DNA of 64,000 bases from Sphagnum compactum. Its lineage: Eukaryota. The stretch lies in NCBI GenBank assembly GCA_965153455.1, contig OZ234493.1, forward strand, positions 2,976,001 through 3,040,000, written 5' to 3'. How positions within the stretch are numbered: position 1 is the stretch's first letter; every line of letters starts with the position of its first letter. Positions 43,063-54,299 of the stretch are shown here, one piece after another. The notes under the pieces are model-generated. The model was not told where the DNA came from and did not search any database. It worked only from the letters and a program-made list of their open reading frames with translations. Made by a program: the position numbers and the translations under genes.

Positions 43063-44987
43063 AATCAAAGGTGAAAAGTAAACTCCAAGATGCCCGTTAC
43101 AAATGTAAGGCGCAAACCTAGGAAGTTCCGGAGACTAAGCAATATGTGCATATCAGAAAAAGGATAGGAATTTGAAATCAGTGTGTCAAAGTCAAAGGTG
43201 AATATATTAAAGTCCAAGGTGAACATTTTGTCGCACAGCCTGCGAAACTTGTGGCTTGATCTCTGGAATTTCTTTCTTAGGTTTATCCTTTCAGTTAAGT
43301 TTCCCTTTCAATTTTGGCTAACTGTTCTGAAGTTCCTATCCTCTTTGGATATTTGACAGTCCCTTGTAACTTGAGGCTTGTTCACAGGAATTTCATAAAT
43401 TTTCTGCTCATACTTGAAGCAGGCTATAGTGTCAGTATCCCAAAAGGATAGGAATGTTATAGACTAGTAGTATTCAACACCATAGATGACCTTCAGCCAA
43501 AATAGTTTTATTAATGGAAAGAAGACCCAAGCTCAAGGTGCCCATGATGGCAAAAGTGTAAGGTAGAAAAGCCCAATGCCGCAGGGTTTTACTGGAATAA
43601 AGCCGGTGTGAGGTGTGGCCAACTGCAGGCCTAATTCCTGTTGTATGTATGAGGATAAACCAAGGAAATTCGTGAGATGAAGCTGCAAGTTACATGAGGC
43701 TGTATGTAGTATAAGGGCCGCATTACATGAGGGTCTGATGTCCAAGGTCCAATGAAATAGAGCAATACTATTGGCTGAGAGTCAATAATTGGGCCTGTGG
43801 CCTTTAGATGAGGGTTCAAGACCAAAAATTGGCCAATTGAAGCTAAACCTACATGGCACCATTTTTGGAGGGAAAATTAATTGGTTTGGACCCAAAAAAA
43901 GGAGCTCAAAGGAGAGCTCATGATTTGGAGAATGAAGGTGGAAACTAGGGTCCAACTTGCTTCAAATGAGTCCAAATTGGTTCCTAAGACTTTGAACCCT
44001 GGACCCCATCTAGTGGGCCTACGTTTCCAGATGGGACAAGAATGTTAGAGAGGTATGTCAAAATCAAAGGCTAAAACTAAACTTAAAATGTGAACATTAG
44101 GGTGCAAAGCCCACACATGTGCGGCTTGTGATCAGAAACAAATGTCAAATTCAAGTTGCAAACCTGCAGCGAGTTGCAATTTGAGATTCCACAAAGTATT
44201 CAAACACCATAGATGGACGGCAACCAAAAAAGTCTTGTTAGTGAAAAGGAGACGCAACCTCAAGGTGCACATGATGGCAAAAGTATAAGGAAAAAAGCCC
44301 AATGCCAGGGGCTTTACTCGAATAAGGCCCACGGGAGACAGGGCCAACTGCAGGCCCAATTCAGGTAACAGCCGATGGCTGAGTGCCATACTTAGCATAG
44401 AGACCCGCTCAAAAGTTTTCTTTCTTCCAAAAAATCAGAAAAATATGCATCATTTTTCAGAAAACAGAATGCCCACTATGGCAGGCATTAAAATTTTTGG
44501 AAGACCCCACAAGCAGCAGAGGAAAAAATCTGCTCAGTAAATTCCTTCAAATTACAGTGACAAAATCTCAGCAGATCTTCAGGCCGGAGCTAACATTTAT
44601 ACCTTTATCTTCAATCCTAAGAGGTACTTATCCATATGAATTGTCTGAGGAGCAAAAGAGGCCAGTGTTCTTAAGAAGAATGTAATCAGTTTGGGTGTCC
44701 TATTCTTGTACTTTTTTTGTGTTTGTTTCTTAGGTGGAACAGGAACTTCACTTTGACCTAATGGAGTGCTGCCAAGCGAGAACAGAAAGTGCCCTAATAG
44801 TCAGGTCACTATTGGTTCACTACACCATGAACAGGATGAACAAAGGAGATTAGGTAGGGAGTGTAATCTATTCTTCAAAATAGAAGTGTTTTGTTTGTTT
44901 TGGTTCTTTGTTTTGCAAGCTATGAATGTAGAATGGGAGTGCGAGCACTTGGTTTACAGTTAGTTCTTGGTGTTGTGTGGTGTGAGG
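43063..44987 (-). repeat. Dispersed repeat copy 2, inverted relative to 16041-17657, with ~330 extra bp (about 44632-44962)
   Basis: Reverse-complement match; the terminal gttcttggtgttgtgtggtgtgag matches 16041-16064. Confidence 0.9.
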
Positions 44988-45765
44988 ATTTCAAGGATTG
45001 GGCTGGCTAACTGAGGAAATTAATCAGACAAGTGGATGCTCATTGCTGAACACAGGTAGTAAGTAGCCTGTAAGGTGTTTGGTTCTCACCAATACATTGC
45101 TTCCACTTCCAAGGAAAATTGTTTATCATCAAATCTTACTTACAAAGAGACAAGAAGTAGGTAAGGCACCTGGTGGCTAATAGGTAGTGAGATATATGTG
45201 GCATGTTGATAGCATATAGTGCTGGGCGGTTGCCTGGTTTGGCCAGTTGCAACTTCTAGTTCTGGTTTTGGTTAGTAAAAACTAAACTGGAATCAGGGCT
45301 GATTTTGGATCCAGTCATGGAATCAGAACCAAAATCAAAATGAGAATTTTTGAAAAAAATAAAATTTGGGAAAAAAAATCTGGAACCAGGGGCTAACAGA
45401 AGCATAACCCACAGTTAACCATCAGTACCAGACCGAGTTACCCAGAATCAAACCAAAATTAGATCTGTTTTCTAGAACCAAAACCAGAATTGGAACATGG
45501 ATTGATTGGATATAACCAGAACCGGATGGGAACTGGACCCAAGGTTGCATGTTTCTGTGGACCTGGAACCATTCTAATTCTTTTTAAATGGTTCTTCATA
45601 AAAGTCAAGAACCACCCAACACTAGTTTATACATACAGTAGCTAACCACTATGTATCAACCCCTTATGAGAGGAAATGGTGAAATGGTGTTTCATGTCTA
45701 CACCTCATCTGTACTGCACAATGTGCTGGTGTGTGCTGGTTGTCTTTGGCCAGGGAAAACTTACA
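44988..45765 (+). pseudogene. Orphan copy of intron 3 of the aspartic protease gene (relic of a paralogue)
   Basis: 44988-45155 matches 31982-32152 and 45530-45760 matches 32218-32455; no adjacent exons remain. Confidence 0.8.
45218..45623. mobile_element. MITE-like element rich in GGTTCT/AGAACC motifs
   Basis: TIR agtgctgggcggtt / aaccacccaacact; related ends at ~32307 and ~19790. Confidence 0.5.
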
Positions 45766-45769
45766 TTAA

Positions 45770-46068
45770 CTAGTGTGAACCCGGTGCATAATGCACCCGT
45801 CGAGCTCCCCCCCGCCCGGTCCTTCCCATTGCCCACTCCGGTTTTTTACCCTGTCGATCCCCCCTCCCGTCTTTCGCATTTTTCACTCCGATTTTTTAAC
45901 CCGTTGATCCCCCCCCCCTCGTTCTCTTGTTATATATAATTAACTTCCCGCCCCGTGCTAGCCCCCCCCCGCCCCGTTACCAAGCCCTGTCACCCGCTGC
46001 TTCACCGGCCTCCCCCTCCCCCACCCCCCAAAACCTGCGTCACAAACATACTGAATTAATATATATGA
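45770..46068 (-). mobile_element. Non-autonomous mini-Helitron (~300 bp)
   Basis: On the minus strand: A|TCATATATATTAAT 5' end, GGTGCA-TTA-TGCACC hairpin (45783-45797) about 10 nt before CTAG|T 3' end, no TSD. Confidence 0.7.
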
Positions 46069-47961
46069 TATGTTGTTTTCTTTGAGATTAAGCTAGTTTT
46101 CAATAAAAGCTTTCCCTTAAATACCTAATTCAAGGATTTAATCCTCACTTGCTTAGCTGATTTAATGTTTATCCACCCTAATTTCTTCCAAAATTTCAAT
46201 GAACTAAAAACATAAGTGATTGATTAAATCTCCCCTTGAATGATAATTTCATAATTGTTCTTTGTGTGAATGAAAAGAGGGATCTTAGGTGTACTTATCA
46301 AGGTGGGATTGTGACCTAAACGGAATCCTAAACTTAAAAAAGGTTAAATTTTCTGTCCTAAACTGGCGGTTGGTGGTGCGATGTGACTGTTCATGAGCAC
46401 ACTCATCATGTGCTGCTCAAAATAGTGTGTTTGTTTGCTTTGTACAAAGGTTTCAGGTTGTGCATCCATGGAGGAAAGAGAATGTGGTTGCCTTGTTTCT
46501 CCTGATTTCAAGGATGAGCTTGCTAGTTCTATTGTTTTGGTTTTTGTTCTTCATGATGCCTTGTGGGATCAAGGTTCTGATTGGTGGACTAGATCGTCGA
46601 AGGATGATGAGCTGCTACTATTTGAAGGAGGTGGTTGGTTTTTGGAAGACAAAAGACAACCTAAGTATTTTATGGCTAAATTATGTTTGTAGCAGAGGAT
46701 AGAACTGTGATAGAACCGGTGTAAGTTGAACTGCATGGAGATGAATGCTCTATGTGCTAATGTTCTCCGCAATTTTGTTGCGTTGCAGATACAGAATTCT
46801 ACGTAGTAAGTTTGTTATAGGCTGGTGGTGAAAATGCTGTAGAATATTAGAGGATTTGTGAGTGACTTCCTTCATGGCGTTGTATCAAGTGAGATGAAAT
46901 TGGGGAGTTGGGATGAGTGGAAGGGAGTGCCTTGGTTGGCGCTCTGAGTTTGGGATCTGCAACCAGTCCACTGATTCGGGGTTTGGACAAAAATTATTGA
47001 ATGTTCGGTTCTTCAGGGATTGGGATGATGCTGGGATTCTTTCCTTGTGAAAACTTCGGGGATTCAATGAGTGAGAGTTTGAAGCAATGCCATAATGTAG
47101 TCGGTTGATGCTCAATGAGAATGATTCCAGAATGTTCAGATTAACCTAAGCCTTAAGGTTCAAAAGTAGATATTGTGTAGTTTAGTTTCAGGAATAGATT
47201 TGTGTGTCAGTAAGTATGGACCATGGTTCAAGTAACTGAAAGAAAGCGTTGTGATTCCAATTTACCCCCTCTTTTTTGGCCACAGGATCCTTCTGGAATG
47301 TATTTCCAGGAGGAATAACATTCATATGCCCTCCAGATTAGGAAATTTATTTAAGAGCTTCACGCTAACTAGAAGCCAATAGCAGTCGATAACAAGCCAG
47401 TTTGTCCTAGTGTAGACTTTTAGAGCCACTAAAATGAGCACTCACATCCAATTTAATTTAGTGGCTGGGATAATATTCCAATATCCACAATTACATGCAT
47501 AAATGCAGCTGAGAGATAAACAGCTGGTGCAAGTTTCACATATCAATTACCAGCACAACTGGATCAGGAGAGACCAATTTCCCCATAGAGCAAACAGTTT
47601 ATGCAAGTAGGGCCACCCCGCGGTAGGGAGCTGATGGGCGCTGCAACTTGTATGTCGTTTTCGTTAGGAATCCAGACTCGAGTAGATCTGAGTTCATACT
47701 TAGGGAGTTTTAAGCCACCCACACACATAACATTACAATTGAGTGCCTCATGAAAGTCCTGGCCAGCTTGAGGTTTATGAACCCAATTTGATTTGTACTA
47801 AAGTAGACTAGTCATGAATTTGTAGCAGGGACACTAGCAAAATTGCTCCAGGGTGAAAGGGTCAACTGAATTTGACATTGGTCACAGGAATTGAAAGCTT
47901 TTATGAAGCGCAGCTAAGTAATCAGGCAGCGGCAGTGGAGACTCCAGGCTAAGGATAGGAA

Positions 47962-48477
47962 ATGGGGTCTCTGAGAGCTGGAGCAGTTTTAGTAGCTATA
48001 TTGGATGTTGTGGTCATCTTGCAGGCTTGCCACTCCTGCATGGGATTAAGGCAAGTCCTTTCCACTGGACAGAGACATGCTCATGCGGGCTCATCAACAT
48101 TGCAAAATAGCTGGAAGTCTACACGATCCCAGATCAGTCTGAGACATCCACCGAAGATTTGCCAGCTGACATTAAGGTACATAACGAAGTAGTCGCTGGT
48201 TTTATTAGGAGCGTGCAGAAATGGATATGAATCTGGTTGTTAATTGTCGAATGTCTCATGCAGATCGAGCCTTCATGTCCTTTTGGCTTTTGCAGGTCTT
48301 GAGAACACCAATGATTCACAGAGACCATCCAGATTCGCCATTGCCGAAGGCTTACAACACTAGCTCGTATTCTGAAAGGGTAGAGGCAGTAGCGCAAAAG
48401 GAGTTTGGCTCGTGGGGATTACTTACACTCTCGTCAATTGATGAGCTCCAGTGCAGGAGGAATCAAAAGCCAGGTGA
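47962..48477 (+). pseudogene. 5' fragment of an aspartic protease paralogue (exon 1 frameshifted, exon 2 from 48296 truncated by Copia)
   Basis: VVVILQACHSCMGLRQVLS and VLRTPMIHRDHPDSP match the 29816 gene; homology stops at aagccaggtga|TGGACAAAG. Confidence 0.9.
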
Positions 48478-48896
48478 TGGACAAAGAAAAGGAATCACAC
48501 TACAAAGCTTAATCTTGCTAAAAACTATACTAAAATGGATTAGTGACTCAAAACTAGTTCCTATAGAGAGATGGATCAATGATTCTGAGATGATCTAATG
48601 GGAACTTGCGATGTGCTTATATGCACATGGAGGATCGCTCAAAGATAAGGCTAGTAACTGCTAGTAGGTGGAAATAGTTGCCATGCAACAAGGGTAATCC
48701 AGAATAAAGTGCACATGGGTGTTTAATTAATGCATTAATGAAAGTGTAACGAATTCAATTCGGTGCACATGCCACCATTTCTGATTTATTGTGATAGCGT
48801 GGAAATGAATGAGACTACTAAAATTAACTCGAACGCTAATTTGTCGCTACTGTTTAGTGCTCCCATTAAAGTAGCTTGACTACATGCTACCTACAC
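48478..48896 (-). mobile_element. Probable 3' LTR of the minus-strand Copia element
   Basis: Removing the Gypsy insertion joins this segment to the Copia RNase H end: AAAATGAGAG|TGTAGG...TATAA...TGTCCA (PPT-like tract, TG...CA). Confidence 0.55.
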
Positions 48897-49235
48897 TGTC
48901 ATGACCATATGTGTGTTAGCTATAACATATAGTGTGATATGGTAGCGAGTAGTGCCTACTTAGGCTTTCTAGGTTTAGGGTTAGAGGAGAGTGGTTGTTC
49001 TGGTAGGACCCACCCTCATGTTGTGAGTGGGGGTATAAAGTGTGTGAGAGGGCTCAAAGAACATAGTTCTTTGAGTTGAACCTAGAGCGTTGGGAGTAGT
49101 TGGAATTAGTGGAGCTTTGAGCTATGGTGTCCCGTTAGCATCAACTTAGATTCTCTGAGTGGAGTGGGCTTGGCTTGACTATATGTTTTTGCATCACGAG
49201 TTTTATGATAGTAGATCTTTCTCGTGACGTTTTCA
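48897..49235 (+). repeat. LTR segment A1 (333 bp + TTTTCA), with TATA box at 49034
   Basis: Matches 58955-59293 with roughly 22 mismatches by eye; TGTCATGA...TC(A/G)TGAC(A/G). Confidence 0.92.
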
Positions 49236-49251
49236 CTCAAAGAACTATGTT
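49235..49251 (+). promoter_or_regulatory. Primer-binding site complementary to the element's own LTR (49060-49076); putative self-priming PBS
   Basis: ACTCAAAGAACTATGTT is the exact reverse complement of AACATAGTTCTTTGAGT; there is no TGG tRNA-type PBS. Confidence 0.75.
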
Positions 49252-50231
49252 TTTTGGGAGTAGTTAAACCGTGGGGGTTTTGTGATCTCACTCTCTGGTT
49301 GTGTGGTCGAATTGGGAGTGGGTGGTGTCAAAAGGAGCGCCTTGGCGAGAGCTTTTCAACGCACCAAAGATTGTTGGATTTCGTTGAACGGATCAAAAGT
49401 TATGATCATTTGAAGTTGCTAGTTTAGGGTTTGACAGTTTTTGTTGACGGTTTACCAGCGACGTTAATTTCTCAGATAAGTGGAAATTTCCTTGAAGAAA
49501 GTTGCTGAAAATTGGTAGGAGTGTAGCTAGAGAGCCGATCTACAATCTAGCAAAGACAGATTGTGTTTTCATTGAGCGGTTTATGCGTTATGTTTGTTTT
49601 TGTGGTGATGGTTTTTTCTGGTTTGTGCACACCTAGTGCGGAAGCGTTGTCGGATTTTTAACTAAATAACTAGGGAAGATCATGTGCTGCAATTTTGTAA
49701 AGTTGTTGCTTGAGGGCTGAATTGCATTTGGGAATTGTTTGGGATTTTTTTGGTGGAGCCAATTGAGAGTATTGACCTTCGAAAGATCTCAAGTTTGTGT
49801 AGATTTATGCCCAGGTTTCTTTCAACGGTTTTTCGTAGGTCATATCTTGGCACACAAACCTTCTTTTCAGTTGAGTTTTGGAGGGAAGGAAAATCTAGTT
49901 GTCCTCTACATTCTGGTCGAAGTAAATTGGCATTTGGTGTAGGAACGGTGGAGATATGGTTGTTTGAATGTTCGCAACCCAATTTCGCAAGTTTTGGTTA
50001 TGGCGGATTAGGGATTTCGCCGGAAATTGAGCTTTTGGCTAGTGGGGAGCACATTTTTCGACTTGTTGTGGTGGGCCGGTTGGATGAGTTGAGCCGCTAC
50101 TCAACTAAGTGGTTGAGTTGAGTATTCATTTCTGGTAGCAAATCGAGCATAAGGTCGACGATATTTAGTGGTGATTCAATTTGGGTACTGGGTTTGGTGA
50201 TTGGGTCATCACGGAGTAGTTTGGTGGTCCT

Positions 50232-52630
50232 ATGGGGGACCATGGTGGAGATGGTGGAGTTAAATGTAGTGGGTTGAGGTATCGACTACCTTCCCCCACA
50301 TCATCGGTTGTTGAAGAGGATGAAGTTATCGTGAATAACAAGTCTTCCATATTACCGTCTAGTATTGCGGCCCCATTGATTTGGGATATGGACAGGGGTT
50401 CTGGGGCCATGAAGGGCCCCCAACGTTACTCAGGTGCAGTGGGCACCATCGAGTTGGAGGACTTCATTCAGGAGTTTGATTCTTGGTGTGATATGCAGAT
50501 GTTACATAACGCCAGATTGTTCTCACCCTTCTTGGCATGGAAGGGATTGTTTCAGCACTTGGAGGGTCCTCCGATGGATGATTATCATGAGTTTCGGAGA
50601 GATCATGCTACTGAGATTGAGGAGTGGAGGCAGCATTGGTCTCCATCCTATGTATCTATTACTCACGGTGGTGTTGTTAGTGGTGATACTACTACACCGT
50701 CTACTCCTAGTACGAGCACACAGGTTGTTCCCCCACCTCCGTTTAACCCTATCACGGAGTTCTTTTTGAGGCTGAAGAAGAACTACCAGGGGGTGAAGAC
50801 GGAGAAGTTGAAGAGTCTTCAGGAATTTGAGCGGAAGACTAGTGAGAGTCTTCACGAGGCATACACTCGTATGCGACGGTTGATTGTAGTTACCCAGGGG
50901 GTGACGGAGGCTCAAGCAGTCCAATTTTGGTATGGGATTCTGGACAAGGAGTTGCGACGGAGAGCACGCGATGTGACTCTCATGAGTGACGATTCTCCCA
51001 CATTGGCCCATGTGTTTGCTTTGTCTGAGAAGATAGAGCTTAACATGGTGGAGGAGAGGGTGGTGACATCTGGATTCAATAGGGATATAGTTACTACTTC
51101 TCGTGGACAACAGTCCACCTCACAACCTCATACTGGTGGAGGTGGGAGTCGTGGAGGTCAGGTACGACCTCAATCAGGTTCTGGAGGGACGAGTGCACAA
51201 AGACCGTTGCCTTCATTCGCTAGTCAACAGCAGGGACAATCTTGTTGGACATGTGGTGGTGCTCATATTTGGAGGGATTGTCCACAGGAGAGTGGTGGGC
51301 GGACTTTGGCTGATGGATTTTAATCTGCACAAGTTCAATGTGATAACTGTGGCCGGGTCGGCCACCCTCGTGAACATTGTTTTGACCTTTACCCATAATT
51401 GAGATTAGGTCGTGGTGGAGCGACTCAAAGAGGTCGTGGTGGTAGAGGTGGTAAAGGTGGTGGGGGTGGTAGAGGTACACCGACGGTTAGGGCACCTCTC
51501 GTGATCACTCCTCCCCCTACGACAGAGGCAGCTATGGCTGCTAGGATTAAGCAGTTGGAGCAAAGGTTTGCTACCATGGCAAGTTTCCAGCATCGATCAC
51601 ATTCAAGAAGTGAGGCTCCCACATCTTATGGGGGAGATGATCTCTTTTATATGGCTAGTGTAGCACAAATTGAGGCGTCCGTTGCAGTGACGAGAAGCGT
51701 CACTCGAGCCTCGGAGCCACGTGGGGCAACTATGGAGTTGGATCCACAGAGGGATGAAGCTGGTAGACAGGCCAGGCTTCCCCAATCATTCTTGTTGTCT
51801 GAAGTGGTTAGGACTCCTTCCATGGTTCCTACACCGCCTATTGAGCCAACAGTGGGGCCAACAGCATCGACATCACATGTAGTGGACACGGATGTATCAT
51901 CGAGTGCAGTCTCGCGGATGGTGACTTCAATGTTGGGATCCCCAACATTTTCGGCTAATGATTTGATGGCGTCAGGAGTTGACTTAACTCGTGTATTTCG
52001 ACTAGCAGCCATATTGTGTGAACGTGGGAGTGTTGTTGCTATAAGTGCCGAGGTGTGTGAGGGTGTTGATGTGGGGCAACTTGTGGCGGGGGATGTTGTT
52101 GTGGAGCAACTCGTGGTATCAGGTGTGGATAGTCCTTGGCAGGCGACGGCGGCTAAGATGGATGCATTACCAGCTCGACCGGCCATTGATCGTGAGAGGC
52201 TTACACCTGGTGTATGTATGTTGGATAATCGAAGTGGTATTTTCTGGTTGGTGAGTCCTACGGGCCAGGTGTATAGACCAGATCGGGTTTTGTTGGATTT
52301 TGGTGCCGAACCCTTGATGTTGGGGAAGGCAGCATGTATTGGTTTGGGTATTCGGAGGTCAGAGCTTGAGTCGTGCCCATTCCAAATTCAGACATCACTT
52401 GGTGGAGCTAGTGATAGGTCTAACTTCATGACACGTGAGAAATTGTCGGTGCAAATGAAACCTGATCATGTGACAGATAGTTCTAGGTTGGGAGTGACTG
52501 CTGTTATTACAACAGCTGAGTCGTATGATGTACTAGTTGGAGGTGTCGTGTTGTATCCAATGGGTTTTCAGATGGATTATTAGACAGAGACAACGACTTA
52601 TCGACCCGGTTGGCAGTCTGGGGATGGACG
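50232..52630 (+). pseudogene. Gag (two zinc knuckles, RGG-rich) plus retropepsin-like protease of the Gypsy element
   Basis: One frame broken by single stops. Motifs: QxxxESLxxxxxR-like gag motif, CWTCGGAHIWRDC, CDNCGRVGHPREHC (51339-51380), VLLDFGA...YDVLVG. Confidence 0.8.
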
Positions 52631-53019
52631 GATGAGCCAGGTGCGTGTGAGATTTATTTCTGGGGTTCGACCAGGAGGGTCTCCCCCAGAGGTGTTGGCA
52701 TCAGTTCCTGGTTTTAGTGGAGTGGTCACTTGGCCAGGTGACTTGTTGGAGGGCAACATTTCAACCATTGACACTTCGGTTTACGAGGATATAGAGGAGG
52801 TTTCTAGTTTTGTTGCAGTAGTGTCCTCCTCATTGGATGTTCCACTTTGGTGTTCGAATGGGGTGTTACGGCAGGATGTCGATCGTTTGGTATCACAAGC
52901 TTGGCGTGAGGCTTTTGTGCATGTGGAGGAGGAGGAGGTTCCACAACGGACTCCTATTTCTGGTCCTGTTGGGTTGTCTCCATTGGATACTACACCCATT
53001 GCGTGGGAATATCCTTCCG

Positions 53020-53975
53020 AGGGTATTTACGTGTTGGATCTATTTGGTGGGATCAGCACTGGTTTGGCAACAGTGCTTCAAGCAAGTATTCTAGTTCGGA
53101 AGTACCTTTACGTGGAGATAAATGAGACCGCGAGGAGGGTTTCATCGCGCCATCTTGCATTATGATGCAGTGATATCCTGAGTTGTTGCCAAGGTCGATT
53201 ATTCGAGGATATCAGCGGGCTTTGCCATCAAACATTGCATTGTTGGGGGCTCAAGACCTTGCGAGAGTTGGTCCTATTAATTTGGTGATTGCTAGATGGC
53301 CATGCTAGGGTCATACTCGGGCTGGTCGTGGTGAGGGATTACGTGACCCTCGATCTCGTATGTTTTGGGAGATGTTGCGCCATCTTCAGACACATCAGGC
53401 ACGTGTTCCCACGTACATTCTGGAGAATGTACCTTTGTTGGGTGATACTAGGTCTCATGTGATGGCAAGTGTACACCAAATCCGGTCTTGGATTGGACCA
53501 GCGGTTTTATTGGATGCAGCGAGGGTTGGTTCGCGTGCTCATCGTCCCCGATTGTCGTGGACGAACTTGTTGCCGAGGGAGGTGTTGAAACGGGCATATG
53601 AGACAATACCACAATCTTCTCACCTCATAGTGGATAGTATCTTAGATATCGGGCGACGTTCTCAGGTGGTGAAAGTTGTTGGTAGGTCACCCATGGCAGT
53701 GGTGAACCGAATGGGACAGCCTAGGATGGCGTTACCCACATTTGTTAGTTTTCCAGCATCACATGCCTGTAGAGAGGGTGGTCCCGGGCTTGTATGGGAT
53801 AGTTGTTTGCAGCAATTGGTGGAGCCCAACGCCGATGAAAGAGAGCGTGCAATGGGGTTTCCTACAGGAGTGACATTTGTCCCTTCTATTTCCGAGGCTT
53901 CACGTCGACAAGTGTTGGGTCAAGCTATGGACCTGAATTGTTTGACTTGGATTGTTAGCCTTGGTATGGCTGAGT
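53020..53975 (+). pseudogene. DNMT3-like DNA (cytosine-5) methyltransferase domain inside pol
   Basis: Motif I VLDLFGGISTG (53031), II YLYVEIN, IV LVIARWPC*G (Cys at 53303), VI ILENV, VIII AHRPRLSWTNL, IX ERERAMGFP, X RRQVLGQAMD; one frameshift (~53162) and two stops. Confidence 0.9.
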
Positions 53976-54299
53976 AGCGTCGGCTCTAAGCCACATTTGT
54001 AGTAGTTACACCTCTTGTGAGCTCGCTGTCCACTGTGACGGTAGAAGCATCGACTAGGGGCGAGGAGAGTTGTACTTTTCATCCTTGGAGTACATGGGAT
54101 GTGTTGGGAGAGCATGTGAAGGTTGTGGCCCATGCTGTTGGAAGAGTTTGTTGCTCCATTGGTGTTCCATTGGGTGACTTGGAGGAGCGTGTGGCTATTC
54201 CCAAGGTTTTTGCATAGCAACCTATGGCGTCGTCCTCTTCCTTTAATGTGTCTATCGAAGAGACTTGGGAGCCTTTGATGGGGCCCAAGCTAACAAGAG

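Noticed and set aside
46427-47115. Short ORFs between the Helitron and the protease fragment
   Set aside because: No recognisable motifs or consistent splice structure
50523-52186. Antisense ORFs (195 and 179 aa) in the Gypsy gag region
   Set aside because: These are shadow frames of a GC-richer coding strand with no independent motifs
53020-53975. Host DNMT3/DRM gene or bacterial restriction-modification MTase contamination
   Set aside because: It is intronless, in frame with retroviral-type PR and RT, lies between LTRs and shows the same decay as the rest of pol
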